Assembly: GCF_004010195.1 (NCBI RefSeq)
Contig: NC_057719.1
Coordinates: 11,848,002-11,912,001 of the forward strand
Direction of reading: 5' to 3'
DNA length: 64,000 nucleotides
Source of the DNA: Chiloscyllium plagiosum
Taxonomy: Eukaryota
A program made the position numbers and the translations under genes. Within the stretch, counting starts at the first letter, position 1. Each line of letters starts with the position of its first letter. This document shows, in pieces, positions 1-13,392 of the stretch. The notes below the pieces were generated by a model that saw only the letters and a list, made by a program, of their open reading frames with translations, did not search any database and was not told the DNA's origin.

Positions 1-293
1 GTGGACACAGCCTTAGAATTAGAGGGGGTAAATTCAGAACAAAAATGCGGAGACATTTCTTCAGCCAGAAAGTGGTGGGCCTGTGCAATTCATTGCCGCA
101 GAGTGCAGTGGAGGCTGGGACGCTAAATGTCTTCAAGGCAGAAATTGATAAATTCTTGATGTCACAAGGAATTAAGGGCTACGGGGAGAATGCGGGTAAG
201 TGGAGTTGAAATGCCCATCAGCCATGATTGAATGGCGGAGTGGACTCGAATGCCGAATGGCCTTACTTCCGCTCCTATGTCTTATGGTCTTAT
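1..293 (+). mobile_element. CR1-like LINE 3' end
   Basis: GHSLRIRG..F..EMRRHFFSQKVVGLxNSLP C-terminal ORF2 signature, 3'UTR, and a tatgtcttatggtcttatg microsatellite tail. Confidence 0.85.
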
Positions 294-297
294 GACT

Positions 298-738
298 AAT
301 CTCTCGAAGCACTTCATAATTGTGGAGGTCAGAGCCACCAAACAGTAGTCATTGAGGCATGCTGCATAATTTTTCTTTGGCATCAGGATGATGGTGCTCT
401 TCCTGAAGCAGATGGGGACTTCAGATCATTGTAAGGAGAGTTAAAGATATCAGCAAGTCCTCCTGCAAGCTGCTCTGCAGAGGTTTTAATATTCAGCGTG
501 GGACTCCACCCAAGCTGGTCATTTTGCACTCTCAAAAAGGCTAATCTAACATCTGTGGTGGTGACCATGGATACAGGTGCATCTGAGGCTGTTGAAACAG
601 GTGACATCATTTCACTTACCTCCTGTTCAAATCTAGCATAGAATACATTGAGCTCATCCGGTAAGGATATATTGTTCTCACAATTCTGATTAATTTCTTG
701 TTTAATTTGCTTCTTCCAGCAAATTGCACTTTCAGGCA
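298..738 (-). mobile_element. Rex1/Babar-like LINE RT fragment
   Basis: The minus-strand ORF has SLPDELNVFYARFE and AEQLAG-LADIFN-S, typical of Rex1-type ORFs. Confidence 0.65.
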
Positions 739-984
739 TTTAAGTCCTAAACTCTGGAACCGTCTCTCTAGACCCCTACCTCTCTCCCTTTAAAACCAAA
801 TCTGCTCCCCCAATAACAAAGATGTTGGGCTTCCCATCCATTAGCCCACAGTTCTGTCTGTGGCGTGCCTTGGGATCTTTTCTACATTAAAGGCATGACA
901 GTGACTGTCCATTTGAATGTGGTCCAAAACACCACAAATTCACAGGGTGTTCTAGCTTGGTGAATAAAGAACTGATTGAACAAC

Positions 985-2056
985 AGGAGATAGAGACAGG
1001 GAGTAGTAGTTGAAGGGAGTTTCTCGAAATGGAGAAAGGTGACCAGTGGTGTTCCACAGGGGTCAGTATTAGGGCCACTGTTGTTTGTGATATACATAAA
1101 TGATCTGGAAGAGGGCACTGTTGGTATGACCAGCAAGTTTGCAGATGACGCAACGATTGGAGTGGCAGAAAGCATAAGGGACTGTCAGAGGATACAGGAG
1201 GATATAGATAGACTGGAGAGTTGGGCGGAAAAGTTGCAGATGGTTTTCAATCCAGACAAATGTGAGGTAATGCATTTAGGCAAGTCTAATTCTAGAGCGA
1301 ATTATATAATGAACGGAAGAGCCTTGGGAAAAGTTGATGGGCAGAGAGATCTGGGAGTGCAGGTCCATTGTACCCTGAAGGTTGCTGCACAGGTGGATAG
1401 AGTGGTCAAGAAGGCATATAGTATGCTAGCGTTCATTGGACAGGGTATTGAGTATAAGAGCTGGCAAGTCATGTTAAAATTGTACTAGACATTGGTTCGG
1501 CTGCATTTAGAATACTGTGTACGGTTCTGGTTGCCACATTACCAACAGGATGTGGACGCTTTGGAGAGGGTGCAGAGAAGGTGTACGAGGATGTTGCCTG
1601 GTATGGAAGGTGCTAGCTATGAAGAGAGGTTGAGAAGGTTAGGTTTAATTTCACTGGAAAAAAGGAGATTGAGGAGGGACCTGATTGAGGTTTACCAAAT
1701 CATGAAGGGTATAGACAGAATTGATAGAGACAAGCTTTTTCCCAGGGTGAAGGATTCAATAACGAGAGGTCATGCTTTCAAGGTGAGAGGTGGAAAGTTT
1801 AAGGGGGATACACGCGGTAAGTACTTTACACAGAGGGTGGTGGGCATTTGGAACGCGTTGCCAGCAGAGATGGTAGAGGCAGGCACGATAGATTCATTCA
1901 AGATGCATCTGGACAGATGCATGAGTAGGTGGGGAGCAGAGGGATACAAATGCTTAGGAATTGATCGACAGGTTTAGACAGTACATTTGTATCGGCTCAG
2001 GCTTGGAGGGCCGAAGGCCTGTCCCTGGGCTGTAAGTTTTCTTTGTTCTTCTTTGT
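985..2056 (+). mobile_element. CR1 LINE, 5'-truncated (RT C-terminal half + 3'UTR)
   Basis: [29 protein letters not shown] and a tttgttct tail. In-frame stop at 1486-1488. Confidence 0.92.
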
Positions 2057-2927
2057 AATACAAGGTCTTATGATGCTCCAAAGAAACAAATTTTTAATCA
2101 AATCTTTGCTTTGCTAGCTGAATGCAGGAGAAAATGTGGTCTCACTCTTTTGTCGTATAAGCAAATTGCTTTTGCTTGAAAGGGACATTCCTTACCAGAA
2201 CCAATGGAGCAAAGTGTCCTGTTATATGATAATGAAGATTAAAAGCAAACTGGATATTGTAGGACTATTTAAACCGATTCTTATATACATCACTTGCTTA
2301 ATTCATTCATCAAATATGTCCTTGGTTTGTTCTAGCCTGGAAGCTGAGCCATCTGCTGGAGAATAGGTTATTTTTGCAGATTCTTTTGAAATCTCCACAA
2401 ATTTCTAGGAGGGAGGAATGTAAGTACTGGATTTTAACCATTAAACTGCCATCTGTCAAGGAAATTTAAATCTGCTGCTTGCGGACAGTTTTGACAAATA
2501 CTGTCAGCTCCCACTGTGGCTGCAGTACACACTGAGATTATTATTATAAATGCTGTGTTGTGGGGATCAGTATGGTTGTTGAAATATTAACCATATAACA
2601 CAGAACTACAGAGAATAATTCCTCATGTGGGGATGAGCAAAACTAGAGGCAATCTGTATAAGATAGCAAGAAATCCAATAGGTTCAGAACGAGTTAAACT
2701 GGAGGAGAACGAGGACTTGTTTTGCCTCCACCACCACCAACTGTGTCTGTGGTACTGCAACCATATAAAGGGCTGAATGCATCACAAGGCAGACATGTTG
2801 ATTAGGGGCTTCACAACTCTAACATTTGGACAGACTAGTCTAACATAACTGCTGGAAAGCAAGACCAAAACATACTTCCAAAACCAGTAGTTGCTTCATT
2901 CACGAATTATGATTTAAATCATAATAA

Positions 2928-3620
2928 TGTTACAAAGTTGTGTAGCATAATCATGAATTGAAAAGCAGTGTGTGGTCTCTTTAAGAGATAAAGTGCTTTT
3001 TAAAGTTAGAGTTGAACGAAGAAGGGCAGATGTGGAATAGTACAGACAGTTCTAAGCTGAAAACATGTAACAATTGACTTTGTTAATGGATACCTTAGGC
3101 TGGTTTTGACGACGAGTTTGAATTTGGCCAGTTGATTTAAGCCAAACACTCAGAATTTCAAAGCCAATTAAATTTAAAAATGGAGAGTGTTGACAGCCTA
3201 AAACCAATCATATTGTGAGAACTTATTGTATCATCGGTGATATTTAAAATGTTTTTTGAAAACTGGTAGAAAGCCAGCTGCCATTTGAACAGAGAGCAAA
3301 CCCGCCATCTCAAAGAAATACCGGGCTCTCTCAAGAAATCTCCATGTTCTCTTAGAAAGTACTCTCTATCGATAAAGGCATGTTGACATCAGGAAACGAC
3401 TGAGAAGGCATTTTGGAAAGAGGAAGATGATGGAAGAAGATACAGGAAGTTCAGGAGAATACATTCTGTATGAAATTTGAGAGACTAAGTTGTAATTTAT
3501 TGTTCTTGTTAATTGGATTCATATAATTGGGACCTATGTTATTGAAACAGCATACCTGTTAGAATTTAATTCAAAAGCAGGATACATTGGCCAGCTCCTA
3601 GTAATTTTCTATTTTTCATA
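2928..3620. mobile_element. Possible LTR fragment
   Basis: Starts TGTTACA and has several CCAAT boxes. Composition resembles the LTRs at 15772 and 23481. End and TSD not resolved. Confidence 0.3.
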
Positions 3621-4117
3621 AAGGGGCTATATGAGTCTGTTTGATTGTGCCCCAATGTAGTACTGAGCTGATTCTCTGCAGCCCCCTCACTGAGTTGCAT
3701 CATCTGACACACAGGTGCCTGTGTCAGCGAGTTACTGGTTGCTAAGAAACAGTATCAATGCAGCTTCTGGGAGAGTGACCCAGGCAGATCTCATGAACAC
3801 TCCCAGGAGGCTGAGCCTGTCACTTTGGGTTCAGTTGTCAACCTTCTCAGGGTGATACACACCCTGCTGCATTGTACTGTCTCCATTTATATTTCCAGTA
3901 CATGAGGATTGTGCTGCCCTATTGTTTCCAATGATATAGTTTGAGGGTTGTCGAAAAAGGAAAAAGTTGTAAGCTGGGACATATGAACAATTTTGAGGAA
4001 AGAGTACACAAGAACGCTTAATGAAAAATCCAGTACTTATGGTTATCCTACTATTGCCTGATTAATGGCATAAGACTTCCTGGTATTTGGCCATGGAATG
4101 TGTATGTTGTTGGATAG

Positions 4118-4220
4118 AGTCAATATTAGAGTGGTGCTGGAAAAGCACAGCAGGTCAGGCAGCATCCGAGGAGCAGGAGAATTGATGTTTCAGCCAAAAG
4201 CCCTTCGTCAGGAAAGGGCT
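4118..4220 (-). mobile_element. Penelope-like terminal-repeat mini-insertion (family A)
   Basis: gaaaagcacagcaggtcaggcagcatcc core. Flanked by TGTTGTTGGATAG (4105-4117) and TGTTGTTGAATAG (4221-4233). Confidence 0.75.
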
Positions 4221-4260
4221 TGTTGTTGAATAGGCCAGTATGTCTTGAACATCCTTCTTC

Positions 4261-4470
4261 AATCACAGAAATTATTAGAAAAGCTCAGCAGGTCTGGCAG
4301 CATCTGAGAAGAGAAATCAGAGTTAATGGGTCCAGTAACTCTTCCTCAGAACTGATGGTAGCTTGGGAAATGTCAGTTTTTATGGAGAAGATAGGGTTGG
4401 GTGGAGGGAATAAGGAGTAAATGATCGGTGCTTGGGGATAGAGCCCAAAAAGAGAGAACAGTTGAACAGT
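4261..4470 (-). mobile_element. Penelope-like terminal repeat (family B), decayed
   Basis: aaagctcagcaggtctggcagcatctg...cagagttaa...ctcttcctcagaactg, shared with copies at 34180, 43670, 50896, 51680, 54951 and 61147. Confidence 0.65.
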
Positions 4471-4669
4471 GTGATGTGGCTGTGGAAACAAGTTTTAGCA
4501 AATACCTGGTCAAACACCAGCAGCAACAATGAAATTAATGTCAGTGGACAACAGAAAAGATTGGAATGGACATCCTGTCGGAGAGGGGAGCAGAACTTCT
4601 TTAAGATGGCTATGTCTAGAAGAGAAGTGGCAAGAAGTTAAATATTAAATAAAAACCAAAAGAACTGCG

Positions 4670-5800
4670 GATATACCTTTTTAAACTGCTGCAGTCCTTG
4701 AGGTGACAGGTGCTCTTTTGAAGGGAGTTCCAGAGTTTTGATCCAGTGATAGTGAAAGAATAACGATATAGTTCCAGATTACAGTGGTGAGTGGCTTGGT
4801 AGGGAACTTGCAGGTGCTGGTGTTCCCATGTTATTGCTATTCTTGTCCTTCTGGATGGCAAAGGTCGTGAGTTTGGAAGGTGGCCTGAGATGATCCTTGG
4901 TGAGTTATTACAGTACATCTTGTAGATGGTTCACAATGCTGCCACTCCAAGTGGTGGGATATTGAAAGTAGTAGGTGTGATGCCAATTATGCAGGCTGCT
5001 GTGTTCTGCATGATGCAAGCATCTTGAGTGTGATTGCAGTTGCACTCATCTGGGCAAGTGGAAAGTGTTCCATCACACCCCTGACTTGTACCTGTAGACA
5101 GGAATCAAAAGATGAGTTCCTCACTGCAGAATTTCCTGGCCTCCTGATTTGTTCTTGTAGCCACAGTATTTATAGGGCTAGGCCAGTTCAATTTCTGGTC
5201 AATGATAACCCCAGGATGTTGATAGTGGGAGTGGTACTTCTGCCAATGCTTGTCATGGGGCAATGATTAGATTTTCTCTTATTGGGAATGGTCATTGCTT
5301 AGCACTTGTGCGGCACAAATGTCATTTATCACTTCTCAGCCCTAGCCTGGATATTAACCAGATCTTACAGCATATGGACACAGGTTGTTTCAGTATGTGA
5401 GGAGTTGCAAGTGGTGCTTAACATTATGCAGTCATCTACAAACATCTCCATTTCTGACCTTATGATGGAGGGAAGGTCAATGATCAAGCAGTTGAAGATG
5501 GTTGGCCTGGGACACTGCCCTGATGAACTCCTGCAGAGACTCTGTGAACCTGAGGTAACTGACTTCTACCAAACCATCTTCCTCGGTGCAAAGGTGTGAT
5601 TCCAATGAGAGCTTCCCCCTCTTTCCCATTGACTCCAGGTTTGCTAGGACTCCTTGGTTTCAAGCACAGTCATTCTCACATCTCTGAAGTTCAGCTCTTT
5701 CATACATGTTTGAACCAAGGTTGTATGAAGTCAGGAGCTGAATATCCCCAGCAGAACACAAATGAACATCAGTGAGCAGGTTATTGCTGAGTAAGTACCA
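4670..5800 (-). mobile_element. Decayed LINE of a second CR1/L2-group family
   Basis: Homologous to 29540-30760 (gggaacttgcaggtg-tggtgttcccatg and other blocks). That copy encodes NYCPISL...AQFGF-QNHSAPDLITA RT motifs. Confidence 0.7.
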
Positions 5801-7903
5801 ACATAATTGGGCATTAATTGATTAGACAATTCTATATCTAGAAGGAATAAAGAGTTCAAAATTGCCAAACCCCCGTAAAAAGGAGTCCAAGTGGCACCAA
5901 TACTAATGGAACTCTATTTTCAGCTCTACATGACCAGTTAACATATTTTGCTGGTACTCATAGTTTCCAAGCTTTAAGTATGTGCAGCCAGGAGTTGAAA
6001 ACTCGACCAGTACTAACTTCAAACCTAACTCCAACAATTTCTGGTTAAAATGCATTTTAGGCTTCTAACTGTGGAACGGGAATAGTGTTGATAAATTAGT
6101 ACTCGAAAGTTCAGAACTACTTGAGTCATGATGGGCAGTAAACTGTCCAAAAGGATTAGGGGCTGATCAAAAACGCTCAAATGGTAAGGCACATTTAAAA
6201 TTTACTAGATTCATACATTGCACATCTTTCATTTACACTCCCGGGTGACTGGGACAAATATGTGCAAACGAGAGGAAATTTGTGTATAAATAAAATTTAA
6301 TGAGATTTGATAAAACATGCAAACTGAAATTGCTGAAGGCCATTATAACTTTACCAAATGGATGGGTCATGTACAGGTGAAACTGGAGGTGCAACAATTA
6401 AGGCCAATATCTTTAGTGTATGTAGGTGTTGCTGTCCTTGGGAGGATAGCCTTAATCTAGATTGTTCTTGTTGCCTTTCAAATGAATTTGCCTGTACCCC
6501 GGAGAGTCAGTGAATTAACAATGGGCATTATTTTCTGTCACCTTGAATAGAAATAGCAAACAGCGTGGCAAAAGGTGATAGTAACCTCAGCTTACCATCC
6601 CCACATCACTTAAGTGAACTCTCACTGCTTGAGAGAACAGGCACTGTCACCTGTCTTCCCAAATCCCTAAAAATGTACATGAAAGACTATATCAGGCTGT
6701 TGATTGTTTCTCATCCAATAAGCCTGGAAACAGACACTGAGAGGGTATGCCCATGGAACATAAGCAATGATGGTTTCATTATTCCAGGGCACTTGTGGGT
6801 GGTGATGACTCTCAAGGTCAGCAATCAGAGTTGAAAAATGAAAAAAAAAATAGATAATGTTATTTTAACCAGAGTTTTGATTCTTTCATGGAATCAAGGA
6901 GGTGTTTGTTTTGTGTTTCCTTAGACACTCAATGGGGATTGGCTTAATGATGGGACACTTGTCCAGCTCCTGGTTCTCATGGCAACATAGAGGATGTGGA
7001 TAATTGATTTCCATCTTCACTATCTTTTCCTTTCTTCTTTAGGACATTAGTAGCATTGTGAAGTTCAGCTTAATTTGACTCTTAGTCAAAGCAACTAAAA
7101 CAAAGCTTTTCATATTCTCTTCATAGCAGCTCATCTCCAGATATCAGACTCTAAACACCTGGAGTAGTCTGTACTATTTATCTGTTATATGTGGATGTGA
7201 AAGGGTTAATACTGGGGAGGGCCATAAGAATCACTTCCCCCAATCCATTATGATTTATGTAGACGACTTAGGATCTTGAATGAGTGAGACCTTCATGGGT
7301 CCTCTTCATAGTCTTTCTAACAATGTGTATCATATCAATGTGACCAGGAGCTAGTTGCTAACAGGCAGGAAACTATATCTTGTCAATTTCAAGAGACGCT
7401 TTTAGGTAGATCAGTGCTGGTTTTTCTCTACCGCACTAGACCGAGCAGGTCTACACTTAATCAGGGTGATGGCAGCAACCTTCCTCCTGAGCAGCAGCTT
7501 GTACAGAATAATGAGATTACATCACCATCCAATAGCACCCACTCCATGACTGGCCCTCCAAAATTTTAATAGATGCTGTTTTCAATGTAAATGTCCATCT
7601 GTAATGCATAATTATAGACACAAACATTTAAGTTGATTCTGACATTGGTTTCAAATTCAGTAAAAATCTACTGGTGTGCCCTCTCTGCTAAAGTAGAACA
7701 TGTAATATTTTAAAGTGAAATTCCTTCATTATAGAAGACCAAAGGATAATGCAATTGATGTGTTTAAGAGGATTAAAGAAGTTGAAACCATTTTCTTTGG
7801 GGGTGGAGTCATAATAATGGAGTGGACCTGCACATAGGTAGAAGTTAAGACTTAATTTGATAAATAAACTAAGCAACTGAGGCTTGATTTTTCATTTTGT
7901 CAG

Positions 7904-8219
7904 GTCACCATTGAGGTGGTGGATGATCCTCAGGCAGAAATTGAGATGGATCTCCTGAAGGGGAACCGCAATGACTGGTCCATATCCTCAGCGGAATGGC
8001 TGTCCTACAAAGACATCTTCTGGCCCTTGTTTTGGGAGTATCCAGACTCAGCCGAAGTTGGCAGTTTGGATTCCTCAAACGGGATGGACAGCGATGAAGA
8101 CGATGACTATGCTGTTGAATATGAAGGAGAAGACACAGTCCTAAGCACTTTGGATGGTGTCTGGGATAGAAGCTGGCCTTTGCAAAATAGCTGGTCTTCC
8201 AAGGAGAAGTTTAACTATG
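7904..8219 (+). CDS. ism2: Isthmin (ism2-like) internal coding exon, acidic N-terminal region (VTIEVVDDPQAEIEMDLL...KEKFNY)
   Basis: Acceptor ttttcattttgtcag ends at 7903 and donor gtgagt starts at 8220. VTIEVVDDPQAE resembles the isthmin VTI(E/K)VV-DPQAE motif as I recall it from ISM2. The phase-1 end joins in frame to 48440. Confidence 0.88.
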
Positions 8220-8790
8220 GTGAGTCCATTAAAAACATGAGGTTCCTCTGTGTGTTACTAGGCAGATATTTCCAAATCCCATTTCTCTCCCTGTTCTAAG
8301 CAAGACTAACAAATTAATGCTGTATTTGGCACTGGCTGATCTATAGAAGGTAATTTTAACCTAATCCACTTGTCAGCAAACTAGCTAAGTGAGATTGGGT
8401 GCCTGTTTTACAAACTGCGAGGTATTTTCCTGATCTGATACAAACTAGTCCAGTCACTTTTAGACAGATTGGATTTAAATTGAGCCCATGACAATCTTAA
8501 AATCCATTGCGGTCAAGTGGCTGCATTATTGACATCATTATTCTGGGCATACTGCACAGAGGATCAACAGCTGACATACCTGACATTCTATAGACACCCA
8601 CTCTGAAGGCAGTTTATGTCTTTAATTCTTCATTTCCTGCCATCCTTTCACTTCCCAAATCAAGGGGATGATTTTTCCTCTGCATGGCATCATTGTAAAT
8701 TTTAAAAATTACAATACAGCCGAGTTTTTAAGAGTGTAGCAGTAGTTGTAAGTTCTCTTGAAAAAAAATCACATTCTCCTTTCTTTCATT

Positions 8791-8849
8791 CCCTCTCCCT
8801 CTCCCTCTCCCTCTCCCTCTCCCTCTCCCTCTCCCTCTCCCTCTCCCTC
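8791..8849 (+). repeat. (CCCTCT)n microsatellite, about 10 units
   Basis: Perfect hexamer repeat seen directly. Confidence 0.95.
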
Positions 8850-9714
8850 AATCAATCATGTGGGTCTCCTAATCCCAGATTAATACCATCTCCTTGCACA
8901 AGGTAATGGAAAGTGGGATTGCTAACCCTCAGAATCAATAGGTTTTGAGAATGAATGGAACATATGGGGGTTGGTTAGCTCAGTTACCTGGATGGCTAGT
9001 TTGTGATGTAGATTGAGGTCAACTAATGAGAGAGCAGCCCTACGGTCCTCTGGTACTAAGGCAACTTGACAGGGTTTCAATGCATACTGCTGTTTTCTGC
9101 ACCAAACTTTAGTCATCTAGTCAATTGAGATAACATATCCTGGAATCTTTGTTTCTACCTAATTGTATTCCTGGCAGTCCTGTGTCTCCGCCTGTTTGAT
9201 GTATCTCAAGGTCTTGCTGAGTAGCAGTACCTAGTTATTGGTTTCCTGATGATTGGGGGCCTCAATGGTTTAACAGATATTTAGAACTTGTCGACGGCTA
9301 CATCAGCTCACATTTTACTTGGACAGATAACTGGTAACAGATTCTTTTCTGTTGTGACCATTCTGAAGTATTTACAAAAGCTTATTTTCAGTTCTGTGTG
9401 CTCTTACAATGTCACTTTTTTCAATATTTTAATCATTGCAGGTTCAACATTCAATTGTCAGGAGTTCTTACAGGTGATACCAACTGATCAGTAATGTTGG
9501 TTTAAACTTGTTGATAGTTCCTTATAGGTCAAACAATAAATGCATTGTTTTAACCTCATCATTTTAAAGTCCGCTTACAGAGAATATTGCTAGAGAACTC
9601 TGGTTCATATCAGTCGCTTCATGGCAACACTCTCAGGCACTGATTATAAAATCTTTTCATTAATAATGTTCATAAATACCCAACATAACCAATACACTCA
9701 AAAAATGACACTGG

Positions 9715-10050
9715 ATTCATACAGTGCCTTTAACCTACAATTGACAAAATGCACTGCAGCAACGCATCAAATCTCCTTTGACAGCAACTTCCAAACCAAT
9801 AACCTCTACCACCTAGAAGGACAAAGGCAGCAGGTACACAGCAACACCACTATCTGCAAGTTCCCTTTAAGCCACTCACTGTCCTCACTTGGAAATGTAC
9901 TGCATTGTCGCTGTGTCAAAACCCTGGAGCTCCTTCCCGAACAATACTGTGGGATAACCTTTGCCATGTGGACTGCAGTGGTTCAAGAAAGTAGCTCATA
10001 GGGCAGTTAGGGTAGGCAATAAATGCCCACAATCCATAAATGGTTTAAAA
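9715..10050 (+). mobile_element. 3' end of the second LINE family
   Basis: Reverse complement of the 4670-4900 segment, with a gg-aggcaataaatgccc tail. Confidence 0.6.
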
Positions 10051-10059
10051 AATGCTAGC

Positions 10060-10650
10060 TAAATATCCCAAGCTTCTTCAGAGGATCACTGTCAAACACA
10101 ATTTAACCTTGAGCCATACTAGGAGATATGTGATCAGCTGACCAAAGCATGGTCAAAAAGTAGATTTTAAGGAGCATCTTAAAGGAGAAAAGAGAAAGTG
10201 AAGAGAAGGAGAGGCTGAGGGAGGATTCCAGAGTTTTAACGTTTAAATAAAGAAATATACACTGATGGTGGAGCAGTTGATATCTGGGATGTACAAGGTC
10301 AAGATTAGGAAGAGTGCAGGTGTCTCAGAGAGTTGCAATGGTGGAGGAAGTCACAGAGTGTGAGTGTGGGGTGGGGGTGGGGATAACAATGTGGAGAGCT
10401 GAAAATATGTTGCTGGAAAAGCACAGCAGGTCAGGCAGCATCCAAGGAACAGGAGAATCGATGTTTCGGGCATAAGCCCTTCTTCAGTACATTTCCTTTG
10501 ATGCTGCCTGACCTGCTGCGCTTTTCCAGCAACACATTTTCAGCTCTGATCTCCAGCATCTGCAGTCCTCACTTTCTCCCTTAACAATGTGGAGAGACTT
10601 CAAAACAGACTGTGAATAGAATTGGACCCATTTTAATTAGTTGACAAAAA
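10060..10650 (-). mobile_element. L2-like LINE 3' end, interrupted by a Penelope-like mini-element
   Basis: gagcca-ataggagata...gaccaaagc-tggtcaaa-agtag-ttttaaggagcatcttaaagg, shared with 13300-13392 and 14440-14700. Confidence 0.6.
10399..10581. mobile_element. Fold-back Penelope-like mini-element (family A)
   Basis: Inverted arms agctgaaaat-tgttgctggaaaagc...gcttttccagcaacacattttcagct. Perfect 15-bp TSD TAACAATGTGGAGAG at 10384-10398 and 10582-10596. Confidence 0.85.
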
Positions 10651-11689
10651 GCAGCCACTGTTACAGTCTGGATGTGAATTCCTTTTCTGGTTATTCTAAC
10701 TTGAGCTTTCTTTCTGAAATAACTCAACGGAGCCCAGTGTCCCTTCACCAAATCATCCTTCATTTACACATGTGCAGTATATGGACTCTGGCTCACAGCC
10801 AGTCCCTAGAGTACTGAGAATCTCTGAGACTCCTGTTTATAACTATTAGCCAAGACTCCCTGATTGGCCCAGGTTAACAAACCCAATTAGAGATCTCATA
10901 CTCAGAGATCCGACTGGCCCTCATTCCAATCATTACACTTTCATACAATTTAAGATATTGATATGAAAAGGACACCTGTTTGTGGTGCTAATTTCCTTCT
11001 TGGGAGCCATTGTGAACCACTGTGACCCAATGTCACTAGTTAACGGTAATCCTAAAACTATTCGTATTATATTATTGGAGAAAGTAGAGAATCATTTTCT
11101 ATTGTGAAGGATTTTACCTGTTTGATAATATTAACTTTCTGAAATGTCCACAATTAAAGGTTTCATTAGAAAGACAACCATTCATTCTGAGTGAAAGGGA
11201 GCCGGAGAGAACTCAATGGCTCTGTTAGTAAATGCTTTGAGGAATTCAAACACACAGATCAAGGAGGTTTTGGGGCAAGGCTGAGTTAGGTAACCTCAAT
11301 CAAAGCAGTTGTGGTGTGATATGGGCAAGAGAGAGAGAAAACACCCAGGAATCCTAGTTCTCTTAGTAGTTGTGTTAAAAGGTGGACGTTAAAAGAGAGA
11401 AGATTCATATGTTCAAACCTGAAGTGCTATACATCTATCCACCTCCCATCACCACCCACACCCAATCTTAATCCATACCTGTCACTCAGTGTCCAAATTT
11501 TCAGAAGAAGAGTATTTGGCAGGTGAGGTACCAGGAGAAGTATGGTCAGCTGGGTGAAGCATCAGGAGGGAGATAGTCAATAGGGCATCAGTATTTATCC
11601 TGCAGTATGGTGCTTCCATTTTGTAAGAATACTGGTAGAACTCACTCAAGAGGACACACCAACTAGCATTTAGCATGCACATTCAACAT

Positions 11690-13290
11690 AGGTAAGAAAA
11701 TGAGGGTGCAAAAATTTTGAAAATGGAGCATAATGTAGGAAAATGGGAAGTCATTAACTTTGGCAGGAAGAATAGAAAAGCAGATACTGTACTGTAAACG
11801 AAAGAGCCTTGGGAAAAGTTGATGAGCGGAGAGATTTGGGAGGTCAGGTCCATTGTACCCTGAAAGTGGCTGCACAGGTGGATAGAGTAGTCAAGAAGGC
11901 ATATGGTATGCTTGCCTTCATCAGACGGGGTATTGAGTATAAGAGCTGGCAGGTCATGTTAAAATTGTGCAAGACTTTGGTTCGGCTGCATTTAGAATAC
12001 TGTGTACATTTCTGGTCACCACATTACCAAAAGAATGTGGACGCTTTGGAGAGGGTGCAGAGAAGGTTTACAAGGATGTTGCCTGGTATGGAAGGTGCTA
12101 GCTATGAAAAGAGGTTGAGTAGGCTAGGATTGTTTTCATTAGAAAAAAGGAGATTGAGGGAGGACTTGATTGAGGTTTACAAAATCATGAAGGGTATAGA
12201 TAGGGTGAATAGAGATAAGCTTTTTCCCAGGGTGAGGGATTCAATAACGAGAGGTCACGCTTTCAAGGTGAGAGGTGAAAAGTTTAAGGGGGATACACGC
12301 GGAAAGTTCTTTACACAGAGGGTGGTAAGTGCTTCAGGACACATTGCCAGCAGAGGTGGTAGAGGCAGGCACGGTAGATTCATAGAAAATGCGACTGGAC
12401 AGATGCATGAGTAGGTGGGGAGCAGAGGGATACAGATGCTTAGGAACTGGGCGACAGGTTTAGACAGTAGATCTAGATCGGCTCAGGCTTAAAGGGCCCC
12501 CGGAACAGCCCTGTTCCTGGGCTGTAAATTTTCTTTGTTCTTTGTTCAGATTATTATTTAAATGGGTGAAGATTGCAGGATTCTGTGGCGCAGAGATCTG
12601 GATGTCTCCATACATCCATTACAAAAAGTTAGAATGCAGATGTCTCAAGTGATTAGAAAGGCAAATGCATTGTCAGCTTTTATTACAAGGGGAACAGAAT
12701 ATAAAAATAAAGAAGTCTTTGCTACAACTGTACAGAACATCGGTATGACCACATTTAGAATATTGTGTAGTTTTGGTCTCCTTATTTAGGGAGGGATGTA
12801 CTTGAATTGGAAGTAGTTCAGAGAAGGTTCACTCAGCTGAGTCTAGGTATGACAGGATTGTGCAATGAGGAAAGGCTAAGTTGATCGAGCCTATGCACAT
12901 TGGAATTTAGATGAATAAAAGGTCTTCTTATTGAAACATTTAAAATTCTTAAGGGCACGTGACAGCACAGGTACCCAGACCATGTTTCCTTTTTGGGCAT
13001 AGGTGAGAGGTGGAATCTAGAACTGAGGCATAGTTTCAAAGTAAGAACATGAGGAGCAATTTCTTCTCTCTGAAGGTCATTAGTCCTTGAAATTCATTAC
13101 CTCAGGAGTACTGGAGGTAGGTCATTGAATATCTTCACCTCTATGTTATACAGACTTTTAATCCACAAATGAATTGAGGATTACGGGGGGCCACAGGAAA
13201 GTGGATTCAAGGCCATAATCAGATCAGGCATGATCTTATTAAATGGTGGAGCAGGCCCATGGAGCCAAATGGCCAATTCCTCTCTTTAAA
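11690..13290 (+). mobile_element. Old CR1 (11690-11795 and 12548-13290) interrupted by a younger CR1 (about 11797-12547)
   Basis: The inner copy is nearly identical to 1315-2050 (ORF 11809-12414). The outer copy continues HFGRKNRKA..Y-LNG across the insertion. Confidence 0.85.
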
Positions 13291-13392
13291 AACTCCTAAG
13301 GCATTTCCCAGGAAATTTGATACCTAGCTACATAAGGAGCTATTAGGTCATATGGCTAAAGGTTAGAGCAAAGAGAGAGGTTTTAAGGAGTT

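Noticed and set aside
1..7903. Upstream isthmin exons (signal peptide, PNIQ-ending exon)
   Set aside because: No convincing match found. They probably lie 5' of the window.
8348..8487. Short imperfect inverted-repeat segment just downstream of the exon
   Set aside because: Arms are too degenerate and have no TSD, so it cannot be supported as a MITE or an RNA structure.
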